Shown: one piece after another, positions 1 through 9,777 of the stretch | How the letters are laid out: each line of letters opens with the position of its first letter | How positions within the stretch are numbered: the stretch's first letter is position 1 | Made by a program: the position numbers and the translations under genes | Assembly: GCA_963706595.1 (NCBI GenBank) | Contig: OY970166.1 | Span: 4,640,001 to 4,704,000, forward strand | DNA length: 64,000 bases | Source: an uncultured cyanobacterium | GTDB taxonomy: Bacteria; Cyanobacteriota; Cyanobacteriia; Cyanobacteriales; Nostocaceae | Direction: 5' to 3' | The notes under the pieces: generated by a model | Told to the model about the DNA's origin: nothing | Databases searched by the model: none | The model's input: the letters and a program-made list of their open reading frames with translations, nothing else

Positions 1-17
1 AACTCCCCACTCCCCAA

Positions 18-449
18 TTAACTAGCTTGGATAATGCTCAAGGTGATTAGAGTCGCAGAGCCAAGAGAGCCAATGACAAACATTAGCGATCGCAATAAAG
101 GTATATTCAAAATATAAAAAATTGAGTATAGCAAACGCGCCACAACAAAGGCGATCGCTGCTACTGTTGCTCTCGAAGAATCAACACCAGTAACATAAGC
201 CATCAATGCTGCGGTGGCAAACAACATAAATGCTTCAAAGGAATTTTGATGCGCCCAGGTGGCTCGTTGAGCATAGGGGGGCAATTTATCAAATTTGGCG
301 CGAGGAGTAGCTAACGCCTCAAACCCAATCTGCACACGAGCATAAGCTACCAGTAAAAACGGCAGATAAATCAGAACGGCAGCAGCAGCAATAGAATACA
401 ACAAAATAGCAGACACAGGCAGTTGAGAGACCATCATTAAACCAATCAA
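18..449 (-). CDS. MAPEG family membrane protein
   Basis: Hydrophobic 143-aa ORF with the RAxxAHQNSFE motif typical of bacterial MAPEG proteins; exact start uncertain. Confidence 0.8.
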   Translation of the reverse strand: MIGLMMVSQLPVSAILLYSIAAAAVLIYLPFLLVAYARVQIGFEALATPRAKFDKLPPYAQRATWAHQNSFEAFMLFATAALMAYVTGVDSSRATVAAIAFVVARLLYSIFYILNIPLLRSLMFVIGSLGSATLITLSIIQAS

Positions 450-567
450 TAGTAGTTGTTAGTTAACTGTGATTAATCGGTAACAGGTAATTTGGCTAAC
501 CCAACTACCTATTACCAACTCGCAGTTTCCTATATCTATCATTACCTGGGCGAGGACTTACTGCACT

Positions 568-1071
568 TTAGTCAAAGTAGAAAAGCGTTACCACTTTTCT
601 TTGTTCTTCGGCATCTCCACAAGTTTGGAGCAGAGTCCGACTGTCGTGAAATGCAAAACAAATCAGTTGCTGACAGCGAGAAACAATCTCCTTATTACAA
701 ATATAACTAGCTTCAGCTAAAGACAGATTATCATTACTGGGATTTTCTACCAGATGCATCACCTGCTCTAGTTGCTGGCGCGATTCATGGGGCTGGCGTG
801 ACAAACTTTGGGGTAAAATCACCGTTAATAAATTGGGATCTGCCCGCATTGCTCCCTTAATGGCAGCTGAATTTGTACCTGTAGCTCCAGAGGTGATTAC
901 CCGATTCCCTGATAGAACCAGGGCGTAGGTCATCATTTCAATGAGATTCTGATGCGTAATTGGCACATGGCGAGAACCCAGCAAGGCGATTCGCTTAGAA
1001 CCCGTTTGCTGGATGGTCGCCAGTTCCTGCGCTAATGTATCGAGTTTGGTAATATCTGTTGACTGGCTCAA
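568..1071 (-). CDS. DprA/SLOG-like Rossmann-fold protein (conserved cyanobacterial)
   Basis: IALLGSR and ITSGATGTN motifs resemble the DprA/SLOG superfamily. Confidence 0.65.
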   Translation of the reverse strand: MSQSTDITKLDTLAQELATIQQTGSKRIALLGSRHVPITHQNLIEMMTYALVLSGNRVITSGATGTNSAAIKGAMRADPNLLTVILPQSLSRQPHESRQQLEQVMHLVENPSNDNLSLAEASYICNKEIVSRCQQLICFAFHDSRTLLQTCGDAEEQRKVVTLFYFD

Positions 1072-1206
1072 AGAGGGGATGTAATCAGATTAAACAACCC
1101 AGCTATTCTACCAAACAGAGTGTAAGTGAGAAGCCAACTTGAGTTACATATTGCTACATTTTCCCGATGTTGGCTTTATTAGCTGAATATCTAGGTCATT
1201 GCCGGA

Positions 1207-1260
1207 GGCAGGGGAGCAGGGGGAAAGATGCAGGGGAGCAGGGAGCAGGGAGCAGGGGTG
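1207..1260. repeat. STRR-like short tandem repeats (CAGGGGAG/CAGGGAG), with inverted copies at ~1312-1400
   Basis: Imperfect 7-8-mer tandem copies seen directly. Confidence 0.75.
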
Positions 1261-1405
1261 AGTGATAAATTACTTTACATTCCCAGTTGGTGCTTAACAA
1301 CCTTTCCTCTTCTCCCCTGCGCCCTGCCCCTGCTCCCTTTCCTGTTATCTTCTCCCCCGTACCCTGCACCCTGCCCCTCTGCCTCTGCTCCCTGCTCCCT
1401 TACTT

Positions 1406-2500
1406 CTAAGGTAATCTCCCGGCGGGAGTTAAGCCGAGTTTAGATAACAAGCGATCAATGTCAAAATGCTCAGTCATCAACTGGCGAATACACTGAACCT
1501 TAATTGGTTCGTGTACCCGGACTTGACCAAAAGTTCGCTCAATAATTTCCACAGTAGTGAGGGTATCTAAATCAACCGATAGGATCGGGATTTCTAGCTC
1601 TTCAGCACGGGTGAGAATAAACTCTGGTGGTGGCAGTTGTCCAGTCAAAATCAGGCATTGTGTAGAACTTTCTAGGGCGGCTTGTTGAATTTCCACGCGA
1701 TCGCCTCCTGTGACTACTGCCATATTTCGGCGTTTGCGGAAATACTTCACAGCCGAATTGACGTTCATTGCCCCAATTGCCAAACTCTCTACCATCAAAT
1801 CCAGGCGATCGCGGCGACAGAGAACCTCAGCATTTAACTGGTTGACCAGTTGACCAACGCTGACACTGCGTAGCAAGTCACTTTTCGGCAGTGTTCCTAA
1901 TACGGGAATGCCTTGCTGTTCTAGAAACGGACATAATTGAGCGTCAACTATTTCTAATTCTTCAGTAGGGATATCATTAATGACAACACCCACCAAGCGA
2001 TCGCCCATCAGCTGTTTAGCAGACAATAACGCATCAGCGCAAACCAGCAAATTATAACGACATACTAGTAGTACAGACGCGTCCAACGCTTGAGCCACCT
2101 GTAACAAAGACAAATCAAACAGATGTCCTTGTGTTAAATCACCAGGACCCTCTAGCAACACTAAATCTCCTTGGGAAATTTGCAAATATTGCTGTTTTAA
2201 GAGCTGCCGATAATCGGTTTTGTCTTCACCGCGCCAGCGTTTTTGGACATTAACCTCATCCAAAGCCAGCATTGTGGCAGCAACACGGTTTGTCGGCAAG
2301 TTTAGACTATGGGCAATAAACTGGACATCTTCCTCAACTACGGTTCCGCCAGATGCACTAAAACAAGTGCCTAGCGGTTTACTGTAGGCAATATCTAGTC
2401 CTTTTTCCTGTAGCTGATGAGACAAACCCAAAACTGTTGCAGATTTACCACTATAAGTTTCGGTTGAGCCAATCAGCAAACATTTAGCAGATTTTGGCAC
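1406..2500 (-). CDS. Phosphotransacetylase-family protein (BioD-like P-loop N-terminus plus DRTGG domain)
   Basis: SGKS P-loop, LLEG and VVTGGDR motifs; probable GTG start at 2500. Confidence 0.85.
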   Translation of the reverse strand: MPKSAKCLLIGSTETYSGKSATVLGLSHQLQEKGLDIAYSKPLGTCFSASGGTVVEEDVQFIAHSLNLPTNRVAATMLALDEVNVQKRWRGEDKTDYRQLLKQQYLQISQGDLVLLEGPGDLTQGHLFDLSLLQVAQALDASVLLVCRYNLLVCADALLSAKQLMGDRLVGVVINDIPTEELEIVDAQLCPFLEQQGIPVLGTLPKSDLLRSVSVGQLVNQLNAEVLCRRDRLDLMVESLAIGAMNVNSAVKYFRKRRNMAVVTGGDRVEIQQAALESSTQCLILTGQLPPPEFILTRAEELEIPILSVDLDTLTTVEIIERTFGQVRVHEPIKVQCIRQLMTEHFDIDRLLSKLGLTPAGRLP

Positions 2501-2703
2501 AGATGCGCTCCTAATTGCAAAAGGAAGTAGAACCAAGCTAGGTGTTCCCTAATTTTAGTTGGTTCCGGCAACAGGCTGGAGTGCTGACAAACTGGAATTT
2601 CCCAGAATGTACTTTTTGTGAGTATATCTTGAATCTTGCTTAATCGTATTTATACATAAAATCCTAGTAACAAATTTGTATTTAAATAGACATTTTTATG
2701 ACT

Positions 2704-3078
2704 TTATTCGTCTATACGCAACACTTTACGGTAAAAAGCTTGTGAAAAATCCGTCAAGCGATAGCGCTTATAATTTTCCATCAGTTCAATTAAAAAACTC
2801 ATAAATTCAAAACTTGCCATCATCACTTCATAGCTTAGGTCAGCATTCCCCTCAAACTGTATCCGGCAACGTGTTAAATCCGAAGGCAGAGTGGCAACAT
2901 TCCAAGAAGCTACAAAGGGAATACTGTCACTGCCTTCAATTTTGCGCTGTCCCTCCAAAACGCCTTTTTGATAGAGACTCAGGGCATAGGGTAAAAAACT
3001 ACGCTTTGCACTCTGAACATAAGGTGAGTAAACGTTTGCTTGTTGTTGATTGGCAGGCTGGAGTTGCTCAATAGACAT
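2704..3078 (-). CDS. ebsA: EbsA-family type IV pilus/secretion protein
   Basis: 124 aa from ATG 3078 (MSIEQLQP...LPYALSLY...LEGQRKIEG), recognised as EbsA-like. Confidence 0.7.
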   Translation of the reverse strand: MSIEQLQPANQQQANVYSPYVQSAKRSFLPYALSLYQKGVLEGQRKIEGSDSIPFVASWNVATLPSDLTRCRIQFEGNADLSYEVMMASFEFMSFLIELMENYKRYRLTDFSQAFYRKVLRIDE

Positions 3079-3270
3079 CGTTGAATATTTCTCAAGGTAG
3101 TTAACGGTTATTAATATTGTTCCCAAAAAATGTCTATTACTTACACTCAGGTTTGGTATTCCACCGGGTGGATAGTGGGTGAAGGTTGCCTTGTCTTCCG
3201 TTCTGGGTGGAGTTAGCAAATTGAAAAAGAGGCAAGGGAGCAGGGAGCAGGGGGCAGGGGGGAAAGTCGA

Positions 3271-3332
3271 GATGGGGATTCGACCCCACCTGGACGAGAA
3301 GCACTTTGTAGAAGTGGGGGACTCAGACCCAT
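3271..3332. repeat. Palindromic dispersed repeat (MITE/REP-like), related copy at 19186-19243
   Basis: Both copies share GATTCGACCCCAC...GTAGAAGTGGGG and are flanked by CAGGGGAG-type repeats. Confidence 0.7.
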
Positions 3333-3812
3333 GTTCCGCTCCGCTTCACGGCAGGAGGAAGGGGTCATTTCCCCCTGCCTCTTCGTTGAATCCGCAAAAT
3401 ATGTAGAAATGTAGAAATGTAAAAATGTTTCAGTCATACTCTTAGCGGCTTATGCCTTTGGAATTTGGGCTTTTATATCCAATCCCAACTTGGAAATGAT
3501 CGTGATTATAGGAACTTTGTGCTAAGAAATATTAAAATTTCGGTTACAATAAGGCTGCATTGGCTTTTAACTAAGAAGCTGGAGCAATAAAAAGCAAAAA
3601 TCTGCGCTGTCAGGTGTTGGATCATGCTATTGCAGTTTTTAACCACAGCAAACTGCTACCTCGCACTTATTTGCCCCAATCGCTGACTTGACAAACTTAA
3701 TAGTGAGTCAGAATCAACGGTTGCGAGAGTCTGTGCAAGTTGCGTGTTTGAATGTGGAATTTCCTGCTTTTTTCAGGTGTATAACAATACTGGTTTTTGA
3801 ATCAAGTAACCT

Positions 3813-5222
3813 ATGCCAGCGAATTCCTGGCCCGAAGACGATTATTACGAAGAGCTTGACCCACTTAACTCCCTATTATCCGACCAATTGGCAGATGAGG
3901 AGGAGTCAGTGGTAGAGGTAGATCCCATGTCTCTACCATCCCGGTTTCAAGGACGTAGACGCAAAGCCGCTCTGGTTTTGACTGTAGTTTGGAGCGGTAC
4001 GATCGCTCTGCATTTAGCTTCTTGGGGTTCAATATTTATTCTCGGACTGACTACTGTCCTGGGATTCCACGCTTTAGTGGTCGTATTTGCTAGACCCCGG
4101 CGCTATAGCAAAGAAATGCAGGGAGATTTGCCCTCTGTATCTGTGTTAGTAGCAGCCAAAAATGAAGAAGCAGTTATTGGTAAATTAGTCAAGAATCTTT
4201 GTAGTCTAGAATATCCAGATGGGCAGTATGAAGTCTGGATTATTGACGATAACAGCACCGATCAGACACCGCAGTTATTAGCGGAACTAGCCCAAGAATA
4301 TGACCAACTCAAGGTTCTCAGGCGTTCGCCAGAAGCTAGTGGCGGCAAATCAGGAGCCTTGAATCAGGTATTGCCATTGACTAAGGGCGAAATTGTTGCA
4401 GTGTTTGATGCTGATGCTCAAGTAGTACCAGACTTACTGTTACAGGTAGCACCCTTATTCCAACGCGAAAAGCTGGGGGCGGTGCAGGTGCGAAAAGCCA
4501 TAGCCAACGCCAAGGAAAATTTTTGGACTCAGGGTCAAATGGCTGAAATGGCTTTGGATACCTGGTTTCAGCAGCAACGTGTCTCCATCGGTGGGATTGG
4601 CGAACTGCGAGGTAATGGTCAATTTGTCCGGCGTACAGCCTTAGAAAGTTTTGGGGGATGGAATGAAGAAACCATCACCGATGATTTGGATATGACTTTG
4701 CGCCTACATCTGGACAAATGGGACATTGAGTGTACATTGTACCCGGCTGTGCAGGAAGAAGGGGTGACAAATGCGATCGCTCTTTGGCATCAGCGCAGTC
4801 GGTGGGCAGAAGGTGGGTATCAGCGCTATTTAGATTACTGGGATCTAATTCTCAAAAACCGCTTGGGTGTGCGAAAAACCTGGGATATGCTGATCTTCAT
4901 GTTCACTATGTATATTCTCCCCACAGCAGCAGTTCCAGATATCTTAATGGCAGTGGCTCGCCATCGTCTACCAATGTTAGGCCCCGTAACTACACTATCA
5001 GTCAGTATGTCTGTTGTGGGGATGTTTGCCGGACTCAAGCGCATACGCCAAAATCAGGAATTCAATATTTCTACATCTTTCGCATTATTGCTACACACCC
5101 TGCGTGGATCTTTGTATATGTTGCACTGGTTGGTAGTCATGAGTGCTACCACTGCTCGGATGTCCATCAGAGAAAAGCGCCTGAAATGGGTCAAAACAGT
5201 GCATTCAGGAAGCGAAGACTAA
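3813..5222 (+). CDS. mgdA: Beta-monoglucosyldiacylglycerol synthase (GT2)
   Basis: GT2 motifs IDD, DAD, TDDLD and QRSRW; N-terminus MPANSWP matches my recollection of the Anabaena MGlcDG synthase. Confidence 0.85.
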   Translation: MPANSWPEDDYYEELDPLNSLLSDQLADEEESVVEVDPMSLPSRFQGRRRKAALVLTVVWSGTIALHLASWGSIFILGLTTVLGFHALVVVFARPRRYSKEMQGDLPSVSVLVAAKNEEAVIGKLVKNLCSLEYPDGQYEVWIIDDNSTDQTPQLLAELAQEYDQLKVLRRSPEASGGKSGALNQVLPLTKGEIVAVFDADAQVVPDLLLQVAPLFQREKLGAVQVRKAIANAKENFWTQGQMAEMALDTWFQQQRVSIGGIGELRGNGQFVRRTALESFGGWNEETITDDLDMTLRLHLDKWDIECTLYPAVQEEGVTNAIALWHQRSRWAEGGYQRYLDYWDLILKNRLGVRKTWDMLIFMFTMYILPTAAVPDILMAVARHRLPMLGPVTTLSVSMSVVGMFAGLKRIRQNQEFNISTSFALLLHTLRGSLYMLHWLVVMSATTARMSIREKRLKWVKTVHSGSED

Positions 5223-5504
5223 CCGCAGGGCGGAGTCAAAAGTCAAAAATCTTAGCATCCAAAGTTCAGAATTTATTCTCAATTTTGGATTTTTTTTTGG
5301 AAAAAAATTTGGTTAATTCAAAATTTTTCTAGTTTTATGGCCATTTTAAGTAAAAACGAGTCGCCCCCTCAAATGCCAGAGTTTCAAGCCGCAGTCAAAA
5401 GCTGACCTTGAACAGTGTCAACTTCCACTGTCTAGAAAATAATCTCGGTGGATTTGGTAAGTTTGTGGTGGAACTAGTGACTTATAGTGAAGGTGAAAAA
5501 ATAA

Positions 5505-5849
5505 ATGAATCCGCAACCTGATGAAGACTTGCAACGTCGCCTCCAAAATCTAGAGGCACAAATCAACTCTAAATCTGTAGCTGGGGGACAACCACCAGAA
5601 AATACACAGAATTTGCAGTCTGTATTTCTCAACTTTAAATCTCGGTTAGCCAAATTGCAGGTTTGGTTTCAAAACTTGAACGGGATAACCAAGGTGATAG
5701 TTGCCAGTACCGGGGTGCTGGTGGGATTGGCCATGCTACAAGCAGTGATGAAACTAGTCGCATCTGTAATCAGTGTGGCACTGTTGGCATTTTTAGTGTA
5801 TCTTGGGTACAAATTTTTTATATCTGGTAGCTTTCCCAAAAAGCAATAG
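5505..5849 (+). CDS. Conserved hypothetical membrane protein
   Basis: 114 aa with N-terminal coiled coil and C-terminal hydrophobic helices; directly upstream of hglK. Confidence 0.7.
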   Translation: MNPQPDEDLQRRLQNLEAQINSKSVAGGQPPENTQNLQSVFLNFKSRLAKLQVWFQNLNGITKVIVASTGVLVGLAMLQAVMKLVASVISVALLAFLVYLGYKFFISGSFPKKQ

Positions 5850-5903
5850 TATATTTTAACTGTGCCGAGAGTCACTTAAAAATAAATTCAAAGGAATTAT
5901 GCA

Positions 5904-8078
5904 ATGGCGACCCCAATTGTGAGGAGAAATACCAGTCAATCTAGCCAGCCCAACCCACCGGAGAAAGCCATGTCATTGCCCTTAAACACCAGGCGTTTGG
6001 CTGCATGGGCAACTGAAATCACCCTAGTGGTGGTGAGTGGGCTAGTTCCCTTTGGTTTTGGTGTCTATGCCAATTCTAGAAGCGATTTAAACCGCGTGCC
6101 ACTTCATCCTGTATTGGTAGTCACAGAAAGAGCGATCGCTCGACCTTTGGCGTTGCCTGTCAGCTATGGTATTCGCAACGTCGCCGCCCCGACGAATTTT
6201 TTGTGGATCATCGCCTTGTTAGCCCCTATAACCCTTTCATCGTGGCAATTATATTTGCTGGGCAAAACAGGTAGTACGCTTCCCAAGCGGAAGTTTGGTG
6301 TGCGAGTTGTCAACGAAGTCGGCAAACCAGCCGGTTTAGCCGCAGTTGTAGCGCGGGAAGGAGTTGGTCGATGGACTGTACCTGTTTCCATTGCCTATAT
6401 TCTTTGGCGCTACAGTTTTGCCTTTCCCAATTTAGGATTGTTTACATTTTTGACTGTATTAATGGTGCTGGGAGAAGGGGTAGCCCTTCCTGCACGTCGA
6501 GGTCGTCGCGCACTACATGACTGGTTAGCAGGTACGTATACAATAGATGCCACTCGTCCTTTGCCATCCTCTACTCCGGGTCATAAATCTCAGGTATCAC
6601 CGACAGTAGAGGAATTAGCCCCTGTCTCAATGTCAATGTTCACAGGTGAAACTACAAATACGGCTAATTTGTGGCAACAAATGCGACAAAACCCCAGCCG
6701 GACTTTGTTTGGGGTAGCCCTAGTCAGCATGATCGCTGTGCTGGGAACTTTAGTCGCCACCCAAGTTTATATCCAAACTCAACACAACCGCCGGGAAACC
6801 AAGCAAATCAACAGCCAAAAGTTTCTGGCACTTGTAGAAAAATTGAGTCCTAACTCTGGTGCTTCCATAGAGGAACGCCAAGGTATAATTCTGGCGATGG
6901 GTGGTATTAATGATCCTCAGTCTATCCAATTTCTCACAGACCTTCTAGTTAAAGAAACTAACCCCACCCTCCTGAATACAATTCAACAAGCTTTAGCAAG
7001 TGTAGGCCTCGAAGCTATCCCGGAATTAAAAACCAAAAATCAGTTTTTAGCAGGTGAATTAAGGGCTGTGGGCAGCGAAGCATCCCCAGACCAGGAATTG
7101 CGACAACAGCAGTTACATATTAACCAGCAGACAATCAACAAAATTCTCAGCGTCTACAGCACTCAAACCGCAGGGATTGATCTCAGTCGCGCCGAGTTAG
7201 GTCAAAGTGGCACTCCGGAAACTTCATTTTTCAACTTGGTCTTAGATAACATTGATTTGTCAGGAATCAACTTCAAATCGGCAAATCTTAACCAAGCCAG
7301 TTTTAAAGGTAGTATCTTTCGGGGGGTCGGTCAGGACGGACGCTGGGACACTTATGATGATGCGATCGCGGATTTGAGCCAAGCTCAGATGAAACAAGCC
7401 AATTTCACCGATGCTAATCTCAGTCGCGTGATCATGAACCGTAGCAATTTAAGCGGTGCTACCCTCAACAGAGCGAATTTATCCCATGCCCGTTTAATTG
7501 GCGCGGATCTGGGCAGCACCCAGCTAGTAGGAGCCAATCTGCGGGGTGCATACCTAGAAAAAGCCAGCTTAACTGGGGCTGACATAGGTGATGCCAGATT
7601 CAACGAAGCCAATTTGTACGGGGCGCGTTTAAGTCGCGTCATTGCCATCGGCACACATTTATCCTATGCCAACTTAACTAATACTGATTGGCGAGGAGCA
7701 GACTTATCAGGAGCCTATTTAGACCGGGCTAATCTCAGCAATGCCAACCTCAGCGCCACTCGACTGACTGGTGCTGTTTTGCGCTCCGCCAACTTGAAAA
7801 ATACCAACTTGCAGAATGCTGACCTGAGTTTTGTTGATTTACGGGGAGCAAATGTTGCAGGTGCTGATTTTCAAGGCACAATTCTTGCTTCTGTCCCACA
7901 AAATGCCGAAGATCAATTTGTCCAAATGCCAGATTTAGGCTCAATCTCTGCTGTCGTTGAAGGAGTTGATTTTTCTCAAGCCAAAAATTTAGATACAAGG
8001 CAAATAGCTTATTTATGTACCCAAGGCGGTCTGCATTCGAGTTGTGCGTCAGTAGGACTGGGGAGGGTTAGTCAATAG
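5904..8078 (+). CDS. hglK: Heterocyst glycolipid-deposition protein HglK (RDD domain plus pentapeptide repeats)
   Basis: 724 aa; N-terminal transmembrane/RDD region (RRLAAW...RRALHDWLAGT) and a long A(N/D)Lxx pentapeptide array. Confidence 0.8.
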   Translation: MATPIVRRNTSQSSQPNPPEKAMSLPLNTRRLAAWATEITLVVVSGLVPFGFGVYANSRSDLNRVPLHPVLVVTERAIARPLALPVSYGIRNVAAPTNFLWIIALLAPITLSSWQLYLLGKTGSTLPKRKFGVRVVNEVGKPAGLAAVVAREGVGRWTVPVSIAYILWRYSFAFPNLGLFTFLTVLMVLGEGVALPARRGRRALHDWLAGTYTIDATRPLPSSTPGHKSQVSPTVEELAPVSMSMFTGETTNTANLWQQMRQNPSRTLFGVALVSMIAVLGTLVATQVYIQTQHNRRETKQINSQKFLALVEKLSPNSGASIEERQGIILAMGGINDPQSIQFLTDLLVKETNPTLLNTIQQALASVGLEAIPELKTKNQFLAGELRAVGSEASPDQELRQQQLHINQQTINKILSVYSTQTAGIDLSRAELGQSGTPETSFFNLVLDNIDLSGINFKSANLNQASFKGSIFRGVGQDGRWDTYDDAIADLSQAQMKQANFTDANLSRVIMNRSNLSGATLNRANLSHARLIGADLGSTQLVGANLRGAYLEKASLTGADIGDARFNEANLYGARLSRVIAIGTHLSYANLTNTDWRGADLSGAYLDRANLSNANLSATRLTGAVLRSANLKNTNLQNADLSFVDLRGANVAGADFQGTILASVPQNAEDQFVQMPDLGSISAVVEGVDFSQAKNLDTRQIAYLCTQGGLHSSCASVGLGRVSQ

Positions 8079-8132
8079 CTAATTATTTGCTAACAATAGA
8101 TGATATATGCTAACAAATGCTAATGTAGGGGT

Positions 8133-8726
8133 ATGGCTTATGTACCACTACGAGAAGCAGTCAAAAAACTGGGACTGCACCCAAACACTTTAAGGAAGTA
8201 CGCGGACAATGGCAAGATTGAAAGCATCAAAAACGAAGCAGGACAAAGACTTTTTAACGTTGAATCCTACGTCCGTGGTGCAACTAGAACTTCCTTTGTT
8301 TGCTACTGCCGAGTTAGTTCAACCAAACAACGAGACGACCTTAGTAGACAAATTGCCTATATGCAATCACTCTACCCAGATGCCGAAATCATCAAAGACA
8401 TCGGCAGTGGAATCAACTTTAAAAGAAAGGGACTGCAAGCCTTACTGGACAGACTTATGCGGGGAGATCAGCTCACGCTTGTTGTTACCTGTCGTGACCG
8501 ACTCGCAAGGTTTGGATTCGAGCTTATTCAATACATGGTCGAGCAAAACGGTGGACAAATCGTGGTTCTCGACAATACTGTACACTGCCCAGAATCAGAG
8601 CTTACCTCGGATCTTCTCTCCATCCTCCACCTCTTCTCTAGTCGGATGCACGGACTTAGGAAGTACAGTAAAAAAATCAAGGAAGATCCGGATCTTGCTC
8701 ACAACCGCGCAGAGGCGGATGGTTAA
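8133..8726 (+). CDS. tnpA: IS607 transposase TnpA (MerR-like HTH plus serine recombinase)
   Basis: N-terminal HTH, catalytic YCRVSS motif, DIGSG and RDRLARFG motifs. Confidence 0.93.
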   Translation: MAYVPLREAVKKLGLHPNTLRKYADNGKIESIKNEAGQRLFNVESYVRGATRTSFVCYCRVSSTKQRDDLSRQIAYMQSLYPDAEIIKDIGSGINFKRKGLQALLDRLMRGDQLTLVVTCRDRLARFGFELIQYMVEQNGGQIVVLDNTVHCPESELTSDLLSILHLFSSRMHGLRKYSKKIKEDPDLAHNRAEADG

Positions 8727-9777
8727 GCAGTGGTTTGGTGTATCCAGGTTTGTCTACAACACTACTGTCAAATTGCTGCAAGACTCTAAAGTTAAGGCTA
8801 ACTGGAAAGCGATTAAGACTGACATATTGAACGGACTACCAGAATGGAGTAAATCAGTCCCTTATCAAATTAAATCAATCGCCATCAAAGATGCCTGTAA
8901 GTCTGTCAGCAATGCCAAGAAAAAGTTTAAAAACGGTGGTGGTATTAGCAAGATGAGATTTAGGTCAAGAAAAGACACTGTACAATCTTGCTACATTCCC
9001 AAATCTGCGGTAAAAGACTTGGGGATTTACCACACTATATTAGGTCAGGCAACCTTTAAAGAAGCCTTACCCCAAAGCTTTGGCGACTGTCGTTTGGTGT
9101 TTGCGTACCGTGATTACTATTTGACAGTTCCAGAGGATGTGCCACAACAGAAGTCCGATAACCAAGGACGTGTTGTAGCACTTGACCCCGGCATCAGAAC
9201 ATTTATCACCTTCTTTTCTGAATGTAGTTTTGGTGAAATTGGAACATCTGCTAATTTGCAAATTCAGAAGCTATGTTTTCGTTTGGATAAGTTAATTTCT
9301 AAATTCACTAAAGCCAAGTGCAAACAAAGAAGAAGGATGAAGCTTGCCGCCAGTAGACTGCGAGGTAAAATCAAAAACCTTGTAGACGAATTGCACAAGA
9401 AAACTGCTCGATTTTTGGTTGATAACTTTGACATTATTTTACTGCCAACCTTTGAAACATCCCAAATGGCTAAGAAGGCGAAGCGACGGATTAGATCAAA
9501 GTCAGTGCGCCAAATGTTAACACTCTCCCACTACCGATTCCAGCAGTTTCTTAAGCACAAAGCTTTTGAGACTAATAAAGTAGTTATGGATGTCAACGAA
9601 GCGTACACATCGAAAACAGTCAGTTGGACTGGTGAAATAATCCCCAATCTTGGCGGTGCTAAATTCGTCAAGTCTCCATCTGACGGGCAGGTGATGAGCC
9701 GGGACATGAATGGTGCGCGAGGGATTTTCCTTCGTGCATTGGTTGATACACCCTCTCTTAAAGAGTGTATTTGTTAA
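8209..9777 (+). CDS. tnpB: IS607 TnpB RNA-guided nuclease, Fanzor-like/pro-Fanzor type; start uncertain (between 8209 and 8719)
   Basis: RuvC motifs ALDPG, LLPTFE and RDMNGARGIF; N-terminal KIRI...WFGVSRFVYN segment. Confidence 0.88.
   Translation: MARLKASKTKQDKDFLTLNPTSVVQLELPLFATAELVQPNNETTLVDKLPICNHSTQMPKSSKTSAVESTLKERDCKPYWTDLCGEISSRLLLPVVTDSQGLDSSLFNTWSSKTVDKSWFSTILYTAQNQSLPRIFSPSSTSSLVGCTDLGSTVKKSRKIRILLTTAQRRMVKQWFGVSRFVYNTTVKLLQDSKVKANWKAIKTDILNGLPEWSKSVPYQIKSIAIKDACKSVSNAKKKFKNGGGISKMRFRSRKDTVQSCYIPKSAVKDLGIYHTILGQATFKEALPQSFGDCRLVFAYRDYYLTVPEDVPQQKSDNQGRVVALDPGIRTFITFFSECSFGEIGTSANLQIQKLCFRLDKLISKFTKAKCKQRRRMKLAASRLRGKIKNLVDELHKKTARFLVDNFDIILLPTFETSQMAKKAKRRIRSKSVRQMLTLSHYRFQQFLKHKAFETNKVVMDVNEAYTSKTVSWTGEIIPNLGGAKFVKSPSDGQVMSRDMNGARGIFLRALVDTPSLKECIC

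Noticed and set aside
1228..1443. Short ORFs over repeat regions (also 3179-3406, 3213-3437, 24655-24879, 46606-46821)
   Set aside because: These are translations of STRR or hairpin repeats with low-complexity products.
4730..5332. 200-aa alternative-frame ORF in mgdA and the many antisense ORFs inside psbA, ppc, petA, the NRPS and RND genes
   Set aside because: Shadow ORFs of well-supported genes with no recognisable motifs.
8049..8132. IStron (group I intron fused to IS607)
   Set aside because: The left end is only ~85 nt, too short for a group I catalytic core.
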